Shown here: piece by piece, positions 52,381 to 63,925 of the stretch
How the letters are laid out: each line of letters starts with the position of its first letter
How positions within the stretch are numbered: the first letter of the stretch is position 1
Assembly: GCA_964035545.1 (NCBI GenBank)
Contig: OZ037770.1
Location: forward strand, 9,058,973-9,122,972
Length of the DNA: 64,000 bases
From: Bugula neritina
Taxonomy: Eukaryota > Animalia > Bryozoa
Direction: 5' to 3'
Made by a program: the position numbers and the translations under genes
The notes under the pieces: model-generated
Seen by the model: only the letters and a program-made list of their open reading frames with translations
What the model was told of the DNA's origin: nothing
The model's database searches: none

Positions 52381-55300
52381 TTAGTTTAGCTGGTAAAATA
52401 GAACTTTCTTCTCATGCCATCTAGGTACAATCAGAGTGTCTTTATAGACATGAAGATCATACACGCTACTCACAGCTCTATCAGTTGGATCTTCTACTTT
52501 GGACAGTTGTGTACCTGTAACAGGAAATGATGTATTAGTGTGTCATTATAGTGTGAGACTGAGAAATTTTATTATATTGGTCATTGTAGTTAAATAACCC
52601 CCTGTTCCCACATTGCCGTATCGTAAACCGTAACAGCGCAAACAAAGTGGCGCACTGTTACATTTTGTCAACAGGCGTTCACACATTGACGTAAAGTACA
52701 ACGCATGACGTTCAGCTGTGACCAATCACAATGAGGTTAATTCTTGTCTGCGGTGACTTGTACGCTTTTGGATATTATTCACAAATTTGTCGCAACATTC
52801 TTCTCAAAAGATATGATAAAAATGTTATTGACTAGATAAAATCAATTTAAAGAAGAAGTCTCTCTTTTAAATACATGAGTCTTTAAAATAATTGTGCAAA
52901 CTAATTTGAATAATAAACATTCAGGTCGTCCAATTAATTTTTTGGTTTGTGTGCTTTTGTGATTAGTGAAAGCTAAATTTTTAATTGTTTAATCTTTAAA
53001 AACTTTTAAATTGGTTAAATTAAATCAACAATAAACGATTAAAATAAACTAGCGAAAATGTTCTTTAAATGTTAGTACCAGATCAACTCAATCAAGCACT
53101 GCTTGATCACACATATACGCATATACTGGGATTCAGCCCGAATGTTATCAAATATGGCAGAAATTTGCAGTTATGGCGTGTGTGTGTGTGTGTGCGTGTG
53201 CGTGTGTGAACAGGGGGTAACCAATGTAACACTAACCTGTCTCCACACCCAGTATCCAGATGGTGGTTTTACTGCTGTAGTTAGTCACAAGAATATATTT
53301 ACTCCTATAGCAGGTCACACCTTGTGGTTTAGGTACATCTTGGCATGTCCAGATGACTTTCTCTGTTGTCAAGTCTAATTTAAATACTTGAGAGGAATTA
53401 CAGTCAGAAACTACTACACAATGTCTGTCTGCTGCACATATTGCCTTGGAACTATTACTGAGTAGAGGGCAGGAGACATGTTTAATTACCTCCCCAGTAA
53501 GAGAGTAGATTGTAAGTCTTTTACTGTGTCTATCAGGAACTACCACTTGGTCATCAACAATAGCAAGTTTGTTTACATCCCAACTATTATCGTGATGAGA
53601 CCATCTGGTCACCTGTTTCCCAGTAAGATCATACACATGTACCTCCCAATTAGTGTTGATGATACGCTGTAGAGCATACAGCTTATCCTTATGTACTGTG
53701 ACCCCAGTTACAGAGTTGGTAAGAGAAATGAATGACTTGGAAACACTGAAACTCTCATCTATTTTGTCTATCCCTGCACCACTATGCAGCCCTACATAAG
53801 TGTTACCCTCATATTTACAGACAGAGTAACAGTAATTAGAAACATCAACAGACTGTGAGAGTTTGAGAGATTTATGAAGATCTAAACTAATAATCATGTC
53901 TGCTGCAGGAACCAAGTCTATTTCTACATCTCTCTTCTCTTCTACAATATACATGTGAATATAAATAAGTATACGAGAAACATTGTTGATTTCTTACTTT
54001 ATTAGGTAAAGTAATTATACTGATATTTCGGGTACCACTGTACCCATCTTCAGAGTAGCAATGAATGTAATTCAAAAATTATTACGTTACGTTAGACGTT
54101 ATGCATGACACAAAGAATAGAGAATGGCAGTTATTGTAAATTATTAAAACTCAGGGAGATAGTCTTATTTTATATATTACGCAGGTCAAGAATTATATTG
54201 ATTTTTTTGCATAAAAATTAAATTAGAGTTGACAAAAAAAAAGATATCCAAATATAAAAACAGCAAGAATTAGTGAAACTATGTGAGAGTTGAGTAGTGT
54301 GGAGCTATTGATATAGTTTTAGTGGTATGGAGTAATTTTGTTTATTGAGTTGCGGTTTTATTTGTTTAATGTAGAGAGCTTCAGCTACCTTTCGATGGTG
54401 GATTCCTTTAAATGAATGATTTAAAACTGTTACATTGTCTATTGATATGTTTCCATGATTAGTGGTGGAGATGTGTTGATAAATTTTGGAATTGATGTCA
54501 TGGCAGTGTTCATGTATCCTGTGTGATAGGCGACGTCCGGTTTCGCCTACATAGGTTTGTCGACAGGTAGCTTCAGGGCAGGTTATTTTGTAGACTAGGT
54601 TGTGAATGTGTTCTTTATTGGTTTTATCTTTGAGATTAAAATGTGAACTTAAGGGGGTTCTTTTAAATAAAATCCGGGCATTGAGTTCATTTGGAAAAGA
54701 GTCTGTAATTAATTTATTGAGGGAGCGGATTAGTTTTTCTCCTGTTACTCCTTTATAAGGCAGTTGGAGTAAAATGTGTTTCCTGTTGTCTTTTTCACTG
54801 AGTAGTCCGTCACCAATGTTGTTAATAGTTTTCTCTATTACATGTTTAGGGTAACTATTTTTATGTTCAAAATCATTTCGAATATAGTTTAGTTCTTGGG
54901 TCTTAAGTGCTGGAGTAGAACAGATTTTATTAGCCCTTAATACTAGTGACTTGAGTGTGCTTAGCTTCCATGTTTTTAGTGAGAAAGAGTTCCAAATTCC
55001 AATGTAAATATGTATCGTTATGTGTTGGTTTGCGGAATACTGTGGTTTCCACTGAGCTATTGTGTCGCAAAACTGTAACATCCAGAAAAGAAAGTGATTT
55101 ATTGGTTTCTAGTTCGTGTGTAAATTTTATGTTAGGATGAAAATTATTAAGTGTGTTGAGTGTTGTGTTAATATAATCAGGGTCTATTGTTGCAAATGTG
55201 TCATCTATGTATCTCAACCAAGGTGACATTGAATTCAATTTTGGTATTACTTTCTGTTCTAGTTTTGTCATGAATATATTCGCAACTATTGGTCCTAGAG

Positions 55301-58300
55301 GAGATCCCATAGCAACACCATCCCTCTGTGTATAAATGATGTCGTTGAAAGTAAAGTGAACTTGTTTTGTACAAAGGTTGAGTAAGTTTATCATTTTCTT
55401 CTTTGGTATAGTTGTTTGGATTCGTTGTTTCTCATAAATATCATTTATGATTGCTGAAATCGTGTAGTCAAGTGGTACAAAAGTAAAGAGGGAAACAACA
55501 TCAAATGATATCAGTTGATGGTTTGCTGGAATATGAAGTTGCCGTATATATGTAAGAAAACTATCGGTTGATTCGATATTACTTTCAGATTTACCAAGTG
55601 GTTTTAGCATTTTAGCCAGGTATTTCGCAAGTTGGTATGATGCAGGTTATTCTACTTATAAGGACTAAATAAAAAAGCAAACTTAATTTCTTTTGAAGAT
55701 ATTGCTTGACTTCAGTGATAGATTGTTGTACCTTTTTTTTCTGGTAGTGTTTGTTCTTTAATTCCTGTTCCATAATTAGTTTCGAAATTTTAGCTTTTAA
55801 TTTGTAGTTCTCACCAGGAATAGACAATTTCACTTGAGAAAATGTAGGAGATAAAGATTCTCTTTTGCAAATTAGAATATAATTTATGTCAGCTTTAATC
55901 TTTGTTGATTTAATCTTGAGTGATTCGTAACGTCTTGCTGATAATCCCGTGTTTCTCTTCGATTAATTTAAATATATCTTTACGAGCTAGCAATTTGATT
56001 ATAAATAGGTATACGAGAAACATTGTTGATTTATTACTTAACATACCAACTTGCGAAATACCTGGCCAAAATGCTAAAACCACTTGGTGAATCTGAAAGT
56101 AATATCGAATCAACCGATAGTTTTCTTACATATATACGGCAACTTCATATTCCAGCAAACCATCAACTGATATCATTTGATGTTGTTTCCCTCTTTACTT
56201 TTGTACCACTTGACTACACGATTTCAGCAATCATAAATGATATTTATGAGAAACAACGAATCCAAACAACTATACCAAAGAAGAAAATGATAAACTTACT
56301 CAACCTTTGTACAAAACAAGTTCACTTTACTTTCAACGACATCATTTATACACAGAGGGATGGTGTTGCTATGGGATCTCCTCTAGGACCAATAGTTGCG
56401 AATATATTCATGACAAAACTAGAACAGAAAGTAATACCAAAATTGAATTCAATGTCACCTTGGGTGAGATACATAGATGACACATTTGCAACAATAGACC
56501 CTGATTATATTAACACAACACTCAACACACTTAATAATTTTCATCCTAACATAAAATTTACACATGAACTAGAAACCAATAAATCACTTTCTTTTCTGGA
56601 TGTTACAGTTTTGCGACACAATAACTCAGTGGAAACCACAGTATTCCGCAAACCAACACATAACGATACATATTTACATTGGAACTCTTTCTCACTAAAA
56701 ACATGGAAGCTAAGCACACTCAAGTCACTAGTATTAAGGGCTAATAAAATCTGTTCTACTCCAGCACTTAAGACCCAAGAACTAAACTATATTCGAAATG
56801 ATTTTGAACATAAAAATGGTTACCCTAAACATGTAATAGAGAAAACTATTAACAACATTGGTGACGGACTACTCAGTGAAAAAGACAACAGGAAACACAT
56901 TTTACTCCAACTGCCTTATAAAGGAGTAACAGGAGAAAAACTAATCCGCTCCCTCAATAAATTAATTACAGACTCTTTTCCAAATGAACTCAATGCCCGG
57001 ATTTTATTTAAAAGAACCCCCTTAAGTTCACATTTTAATCTCAAAGATAAAACCAATAAAGAACACATTCACAACCTAGTCTACAAAATAACCTGCCCTG
57101 AAGCTACCTGTCGACAAACCTATGTAGGCGAAACCGGACGTCGCCTATCACACAGGATACATGAACACTGCCATGACATCAATTCCAAAATTTATCAACA
57201 CATCTCCACCACTAATCATGGAAACATATCAATAGACAATGTAACAGTTTTAAATCATTCATTTAAAGGAATCCACCATCGAAAGGTAGCTGAAGCTCTC
57301 TACATTAAACAAATAAAACCGCAACTCAATAAACAAAATTACTCCATACCACTAAAACTATATCAATAGCTCCACACTACTCAACTCTCACATAGTTTCA
57401 CTAATTCTTGCTGTTTTTATATTTGGATATCTTTTTTTTTTGTCAACTCTAATTTAATTTTTATGCAAAAAAATCAATATAATTCTTGACCTGCGTAATA
57501 TATAAAATAAGACTATCTCCCTGAGTTTTAATAATTTACAATAACTGCCATTCTCTATTCTTTGTGTCATGCATAACGTCTAACGTAACGTAATAATTTT
57601 TGAATTTCATTCATTGCTACTCTGAAGATGGGTACAGTGGTACCCGAAATATCAGTATAATTACTTTACCTAATAAAGTAAGAAATCAACAATGTTTCTC
57701 GTATACTTATTTACAATCAAATTGCTAGCTCGTAAAGATATATTTACATGTGAATATGTGTGTATGTGTGTATACTTATATATAAGTGAGTATGTATATA
57801 TAATATGTACGTCATATAAAAGTGAGTGTGTGTATATATTCTATTAATAGAAACTCTGAGTAAACCTACACACATGGCTATTTCAACAGATACTCAAATT
57901 TACCAACCAATAGTTTCACACACATGAAGAGCACTATCAGATAATATACTGATCAATATTGATGTTCTTATATTACATTATATAATGCATATACACGATT
58001 ATTACAAAGTTTTATTAATATCAGTAATATAATAATGCGGGTATGTACTAGATCAGCCATGCTTAACCTGCGGCCTTTTGACTTTTGGCGGCCTTTTGAG
58101 CTGGTAAATATAGCCTTTTGGTTTTTTAGTAAAAATAGAAATTTAGTTCAGTTTCAATCCTTCCAGAATTTTGTTTTCACTGATTCTCAAGTTTACCATA
58201 TGAATCATGACTGCTAGCACATATTGATGTAATCATTTATTCTCTTTAATGGGGTCTGCCAAAAGCAAATACAGATTGAGGCCAACAGACTCCTATCTGG

Positions 58301-61300
58301 CCGATATCCTTCACACATCAACATCGGACATTAATCCATACTGTGTTGTGTTCAATGTACAAAAAATACTCACTTTCCTGAACAATTCGAGTTATTCTCC
58401 TGGATCTTTTTTTTCATAAAATGAATATGATTTTATGTAAAATGGCACCGGTGAAAGAGGCACGGTAAAAATAGCACAGCTAATAATGGCACAAATGGAA
58501 AGTAGGTAAAAGTGGCAAACTGATGTTAAATCTTCCCAAACCCCCCACCCAAACCCAGGCGCGTAACCCTCAACCCCCACCCCAAACCTTAATATTGAAA
58601 ATGTGTAAATCTTACCTACTTTGCCACCGGACGCCAATAAATACATATACAATTTGAAAATAGGCTTTAATTATTAATATATGGAGGGTTTTGACAGTAA
58701 AAATGACACTGAACTTTCTAGTGGCCTTTTTGGTGGCTCAGGGTTATTTTACGGCCTTTTCCCAAAAAAGGTTGAGCACTAGATTCTAGAATAATAGTGT
58801 AAGTAATCTACAGTCTAGTTTATCAACCTTTGACCTTTAACATCACACAGCTCTAGTTTAGTATACTAACCTTTGACCTTTAGAGACACGGCATCACACA
58901 GCTCTAGTTCAGGTATCTCAACAGATATCAGTCTCTGTATTTTATCTTTAATTTCTGCAAATCCTTCAATCAGATCCACCTACAGTATATAAGCATAGCA
59001 TTAGCCAGTGGGACTGAAAAGACAGTCTTTCTAGTTACAACTTCCTATTGTTTTTCTGCATTAGTTCACTTAAAGTTATGAAAGTGTGGTGTGCCTGGCA
59101 TGAACATATTGCAGCAAAGTACCTATTCAAAAACGCTATGGCTAGTTTCCTATTTAGAATTAAAAAAAACTTTGATTTAGGCTGACACAACTTTACAACA
59201 ATTCTTTTAAATACAATTTTGTAACACACTGGAGTTTGCAAGCACACAACTATAGAGCTAATACAGAAATGAATAATCAGGCATTGTGATTGTCAATCTA
59301 ATTATTTCATCAGATTTTTTTAACTCAAAGATTCACAAAAACATAATCTAAATATATTTAGCAAACAGATGGTAAACACTGCTCACCTGGTGGTTTTGTT
59401 TAATTTGAGCTTCTATCTTCATTCTACTGTTACTCAGTTGAGACAAAACAGTTCCAACTTCTCTCTCCATGTATCTGTTTAGTTCTTGGTTAGTCTTCTT
59501 TCTACTAGCTAAGAATTCCTTCTCAAGTTTCTCATACTTTAGTCTCACTTCAGTCAACTACATCATACATTGTATCAGCACATTGTAGAAAGTGGACAAC
59601 ACATCAGAGAAAACTTTTTCAGAATTATGTTAAACAATAGTTTGAATCTTTTTGCATAATATTTCTAAATTCTTAGATAAAAATAGTGTTTTAAATTACT
59701 CTGAATAGTAGCTAGACACCTAGCTGTTACTCCTAAATATTAGTATTGCAATGTTTTACTAACACCTGACTACAGAATGTAGATTACAGAGTAACACAAA
59801 GTATTTTCTATAAACCTGTTCATCACGCTGTGTATGAAGAATATTCAGCAATTCCTCCGTCTCATTATCAAAGTCTGACACAGTTTTAGAAAGGTGTTTG
59901 AAGAAAGCAGACATCTTGTCTTCACTGGTGAGAAGATCATCTATATTGATTAGCTCTTTGATTAAGTCATCTAGATTAACCATGTGGTGGGGTGAGTCTA
60001 AAATAGAAATAAAACACCACATTCAACGTGACTATTGCAAAACCATGACAAAAGTTAAAAAGAGCAAACTTCAAACAGACTGTACAAGTGAATAGCATTT
60101 GAATATAAAAACAATTCACTCTTATTTAATAAAACACTTTTAACTACAAAAAGCACAAATTTCACATTCAGTTATTTCGAGTTATAAATGTTTCACTATT
60201 GACCCTTTTCCAACATTCTTGCTACTCAATTTATAATTTACAGTTGTTTTCTCCGAGTAGGGATCAATGTATAAAACACAGAGCTGGCTATAAATTTCTA
60301 ATGGTGCTATTCACGAGCAGCCCTCACAGTGTAATGGGTAGCAGATTGACTTAAGTTGGAGGACTGCAGTTTGATTTCAGGGGTAGCATTCTTATAAGAT
60401 TTACTGAGGTGGCTATACAGTTTATCAGATTTACTGAAATTTAGCAAATAACAAAAGTCTTCTTACCTCCAACACACAAGTTAGTGCAAGATGTGCACTG
60501 CACACAGAACAGCTGAACACAGACTTTACACCCTTGTATGTAGGGATATGCTGTGTGTTTGGGACAAACTTTTCTTTCCAGTCTCTTGGCTTGTATTCTG
60601 TAGTCAGAGATGGTCATCTTCTGATGGTCATCACTGGTGTCATCATGTGACTAAATATAACAGAATACATCTTTACTGAGAAATATAACTCCCCTGTGCA
60701 TATAGTGGCAAAGAAACCAAAATTAAAAATATATGATCTAAACATGTATATATATTTATAGTAAAGTAACAATTTCAATCAGCACATAGTCTAAAAATAA
60801 ATGCATAATCTGCATAAAAACAGTTAAAACAGATAAAAGTGAAACATGATTTCTTAATGTTTTATTACATATCAACATTCAAATACAACAATATGTAATA
60901 AGAGGCTGAGTTAGAGTATGCAGTGTTGAACATCAACTGAAGAAGTATTTAATGAAAGTATCACCTCATCATGTTTTCTGCAAAAGAGTTTACGGCACAC
61001 AGTACAGTATATGACTGCTGGTACTTTTTTCAGTCCCTTTTTAGTGCAGACGTCACATGATACGGAGTTTTCTGCGACATCAGCAGAAGGAAGATTCTCC
61101 ACTCTCACATCAAACACTTCCCTGTCACGAGACACATGTTTGTATAGCAATAAACAGAATGCAATATATTAGTATAAGGTCAAAAATATAATCTAAATTG
61201 TCTCTCTACCAACAATATTTCTCAGCTCTGTCTATATAAAACTAACTTACCTACACCAGGGACACCTGATCATGTCATTCACATCAACATTACGAGTAAG

Positions 61301-61402
61301 ACATAGTAAACAGTGTATATGACCACATGGTAGACACTTGGGATTCTCTAGATCTTCTTTTAGTAAACAGAATCCACACTCAACTTCTTCTGCTGCAGCC
61401 AT
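52381..61402 (-). CDS. TRIM (RING, 2 B-boxes, coiled coil, NHL-like beta-propeller) E3 ligase copy B, ~597 aa, 8 coding exons
   Basis: Exons approx. 61402-61251, 61121-60965, 60650-60467, 59996-59815, 59577-59407, 58978-58870, 53941-53237, 52514-52381. No stop seen; same architecture as copy A. Confidence 0.82.
52598..53217. mobile_element. MITE with CCCCCTGTTC TIRs and TAA TSD (PIF/Harbinger-like)
   Basis: TAA-CCCCCTGTTC.CAC ... GTGTGAACAGGGGG-TAA; empty site in copy A (~43950 GTTAACTAACCAATG). Confidence 0.88.
54014..54062 (-). ncRNA. Minimal type-I hammerhead ribozyme in the Penelope pLTR (sense to host TRIM pre-mRNA)
   Basis: Minus strand reads AUUGC-UACU-CUGAAGA-U-GGGUAC(AGUG)GUACCC-GAAA-UA-UC^AGUA-UAAU; predicted cleavage at ~54022. 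Confidence 0.8.
54305..55640 (-). pseudogene. Penelope RT + GIY-YIG, frameshifted arm
   Basis: ORFs 54930-55610 and 54305-55081 are near-identical to the + arm but split by a 7-bp duplication at ~54990 (TTGGAATTTGGAAC). Confidence 0.9.
55640..56035 (-). pseudogene. N-terminal fragment of the Penelope ORF (spacer between the arms)
   Basis: MFLVYLFIIKLLARKDIFKLIEEKHG...KADINYILICKRESLSPTFSQVKLS...LIMEQELKNKH, frameshifted; its start is repeated at the 3' tail of both arms. Confidence 0.75.
56023..57369 (+). CDS. Penelope-like reverse transcriptase + GIY-YIG endonuclease (5'-truncated, otherwise open)
   Basis: SFDVVSLFT, QRDGVAMGSPLGP, RYIDDTF, FLDV, VFRKPTH; LVYKITC...YVGETGRRL..RIHEH; EALYIK..KPQLNKQ. 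Homology starts at ~56041 (TYQLAKYL). Confidence 0.93.
   Translation: MLIYYLTYQLAKYLAKMLKPLGESESNIESTDSFLTYIRQLHIPANHQLISFDVVSLFTFVPLDYTISAIINDIYEKQRIQTTIPKKKMINLLNLCTKQVHFTFNDIIYTQRDGVAMGSPLGPIVANIFMTKLEQKVIPKLNSMSPWVRYIDDTFATIDPDYINTTLNTLNNFHPNIKFTHELETNKSLSFLDVTVLRHNNSVETTVFRKPTHNDTYLHWNSFSLKTWKLSTLKSLVLRANKICSTPALKTQELNYIRNDFEHKNGYPKHVIEKTINNIGDGLLSEKDNRKHILLQLPYKGVTGEKLIRSLNKLITDSFPNELNARILFKRTPLSSHFNLKDKTNKEHIHNLVYKITCPEATCRQTYVGETGRRLSHRIHEHCHDINSKIYQHISTTNHGNISIDNVTVLNHSFKGIHHRKVAEALYIKQIKPQLNKQNYSIPLKLYQ
57613..57661 (+). ncRNA. Minimal type-I hammerhead ribozyme in the Penelope pLTR
   Basis: Stem I TACT/AGTA (extendable), core CTGAAGA 57622-57628, stem II GGGTAC/GTACCC, GAAA 57646-57649, vestigial palindromic stem III (ATAT), ATC cleavage triplet ending at 57653. 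Confidence 0.8.
60318..60390 (+). mobile_element. Degenerate tRNA-derived SINE-like head
   Basis: CAGCCCTCACAGTGTAATGGGTAGCA resembles the 11020 and 11250 copies; B-box decayed. Confidence 0.4.
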
Positions 61403-61764
61403 TTCACTCAACTCTATATTACAAAATAGGAGAACATACTATAAAGCGTATTCAGATTCCATGTAGTTCACAGTAATGAGAGCATTTAGTAGTTTATGTT
61501 TGTATCTCTTCTGACTCACTACAATAGACTTGTTAACATATGATTTGCACCTCAAGAAAAATTCTTAGATTGCACTGTAACACTAGTCGGTGCTTACACT
61601 TACAAAACTTGCGTTTAAGCTCATAAACATATGGTAAATGATTGTTCATAGCCATGCAACAACAGAATTACCATTGCGATTGTGATTGCGATCCATCAAA
61701 TTTAATATGAGCAACAACAAATCATTCAATAGGAGCAACAAGCACCATGTACATAAAATTATAT

Positions 61765-61912
<148 letters not shown>

Positions 61913-62554
61913 TTAACTACTAAGTACTACCATTGGCATTACGCCATCACATCTGATTCCGCTGTATTATTTAGGACTGTGGAAAGCATTCAAAATACAG
62001 GCATTCGCTTCAACTAACTTTATCCAGCTTCAAGATTATGTAAAGTTTTAGTTCTTAAATGAAAATGACTTTATTAACGACCATACTTCTAGTTTGTTAT
62101 GATTATATTATTAATATATAAATATAATTATTTTTAATTTGTGAAACTGAATCAGAATCAGAATGACACCCTCACACTCACAGTTATGGCATTGGTGGAG
62201 ATATAGAAAATTGAACTAATTTGAGTTTTGTTCGAGTTTCCAGTCCACCACAAAGAAACCACGTTACACGAAGAATCTTCAACTTGGATCCTGCTCTTCA
62301 GAGAGGAACTGTGAGCCCAAGGACAGCTACAGTTTCATTTTGCACTCCGCAGTCAAACTCAAAGTAGGACTTTGCCCAGATTAGAGCAACGCCTCTTTCG
62401 GAAATGACGTCAAAATATGAATGCTAGCATCGTCAGGGTTACCCCCTCTTGTTTTCATAAAATTTTACTAAAGTTAGAAGTGACAGTTGCTTGCACTGAA
62501 CTGAAATTATAGTTCAATGGTTGCTTGGGTGACGATTCTAGCTGCACATCACAA

Positions 62555-63308
62555 ACACCGGCTTTCCATGTACCGATCTCAGATCGATCTCAGGGAGATC
62601 GATCCATGGAAAGACGTCAAAGATCGATCTCAGTCGTTCTGAGCTGGTCGGTCTGTGGAGCTCGAACTCAGATCGATCTCAAGGCAATAAGACCATGGAA
62701 AGACGAAAGATCGATCCGAGAAGTAGAAAAATGACTGCGCGCTACAATGTCGTCTGCTAATGAAAATGATAACTTATTGATAATTACTAAGCAAAGTATT
62801 AAATAATTATGATAGCTACTTTTTCAGATGCCAAAACTTTGACTTTCACTACAATGATTAAGAAAACTCAATTATATGCAGTAGAAGGTAAAAAGAAATG
62901 GGAGAATTTAAATTGAATTTAAATGACTATTAAAACTTAGTTTCATTAGCTAGTTTCTTTGTAATTTTAAGCCTAACAGTCCTGTAAGTTTATTAATAAT
63001 CTACAAGACAGCCATTAATTTTATATAAGCTGTCAAGCTAAAAAATTAAAATTAAATATTTTAAATTGGCCAAATTACCATACACTGAAAGCTTTGCTGC
63101 GTATAGTTTATAGCTGGGGTTGAATTTTAGACTAAGACCATCTTGTTTTCAACAGTAGTAGCTTTAATCACTCAAATAGGTGAACAAATTATACTTTTAA
63201 AGTATCCTTCACTTAAGAGTAGGCAACTTCGCGAGATCGATCTGACACTCTCATGGAAAAACGATCGATCTGAGCACAATTCTCAGATCGGTACATGGAA
63301 AGCCCGTG
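62555..63308. mobile_element. GATCGATC-rich MITE, second copy (inverted relative to 45816-46580)
   Basis: TIR CAC(C/G)GGCTTTCCATGTACCGATCT; empty site in copy A at ~50645 (CACAATGAC). Confidence 0.9.
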
Positions 63309-63630
63309 AATGACATGTCGCTATGGTTATAGTGTGACGTGACCAAGCTACACAACATTACGAAGTCTGTCTTTCATAATAATTATATCACAGTCAGCTA
63401 GAGGCTGTCCCATCTCTGTATCCACAACTCAAAAACAAGTTTTTTGAACTCAAATTGCATTTCAATTATAGCAACGAGCTGATAGTTTAGAATAACCATA
63501 TATAAAGCTATTGATTGTTTAGTCAACACATTTGTGCTGATCTATGAAACATGTATGCTGTTCTAAAGCCTAACAATTAAATTCACTCAATATAATACAG
63601 CCGAAACTTGTAAGTATGGCTGGAATATAT

Positions 63631-63925
63631 TGTAGTAATTCGTGCAATTACTGTGCGTGGGTTCCTAGCTTGTAATTATAGTCTATTTATCCACATCAAT
63701 AAAGTATTTAAGTAAGATTCCACAAGGTTTATTTACTACTAAGTATATTGAAAGATACAAAAAGTACGCAGATTAGAAAAACTACATCTTTACTTGTTTA
63801 GTATGCTCTCTCTATTCTACTGCTACTACTACTCGCTGAGGGTTATCACATGACGCACTCTGATTGGCTAAAGGGGCTTGGGGGACGCGCGTATTACGTA
63901 CTCACTACACCGCCCCCCCCCCCCC
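63631..63925 (-). mobile_element. 3' LTR (~279 bp) plus polypurine tract of an LTR retrotransposon extending beyond the right edge
   Basis: TGTAGT...ACTACA termini (63631-63909). On the minus strand a G-run (G)nCGG directly precedes TGTAGT, with CCAAT and AATAAA inside. It interrupts the duplication homology exactly at 63630. Confidence 0.72.

Larger units (their letters stand above)
53963..57744. mobile_element. Palindromic Penelope-like retroelement insertion (two inverted ~1.7-kb RT+GIY-YIG+pLTR arms around a 5' ORF fragment)
   Basis: TSD TACATGTGAATAT at 53950-53962 and 57745-57757; empty site in copy A (~44682-44694). Arms ~53963-55640 (-) and ~56041-57744 (+). Confidence 0.95.

Noticed and set aside
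53963-57744. Assembly foldback artefact as the explanation of the palindrome
   Set aside because: The arms differ by a 7-bp indel and several substitutions, end at different points, and are flanked by a TSD whose empty site is in the paralog. Read-level confirmation is still advisable.
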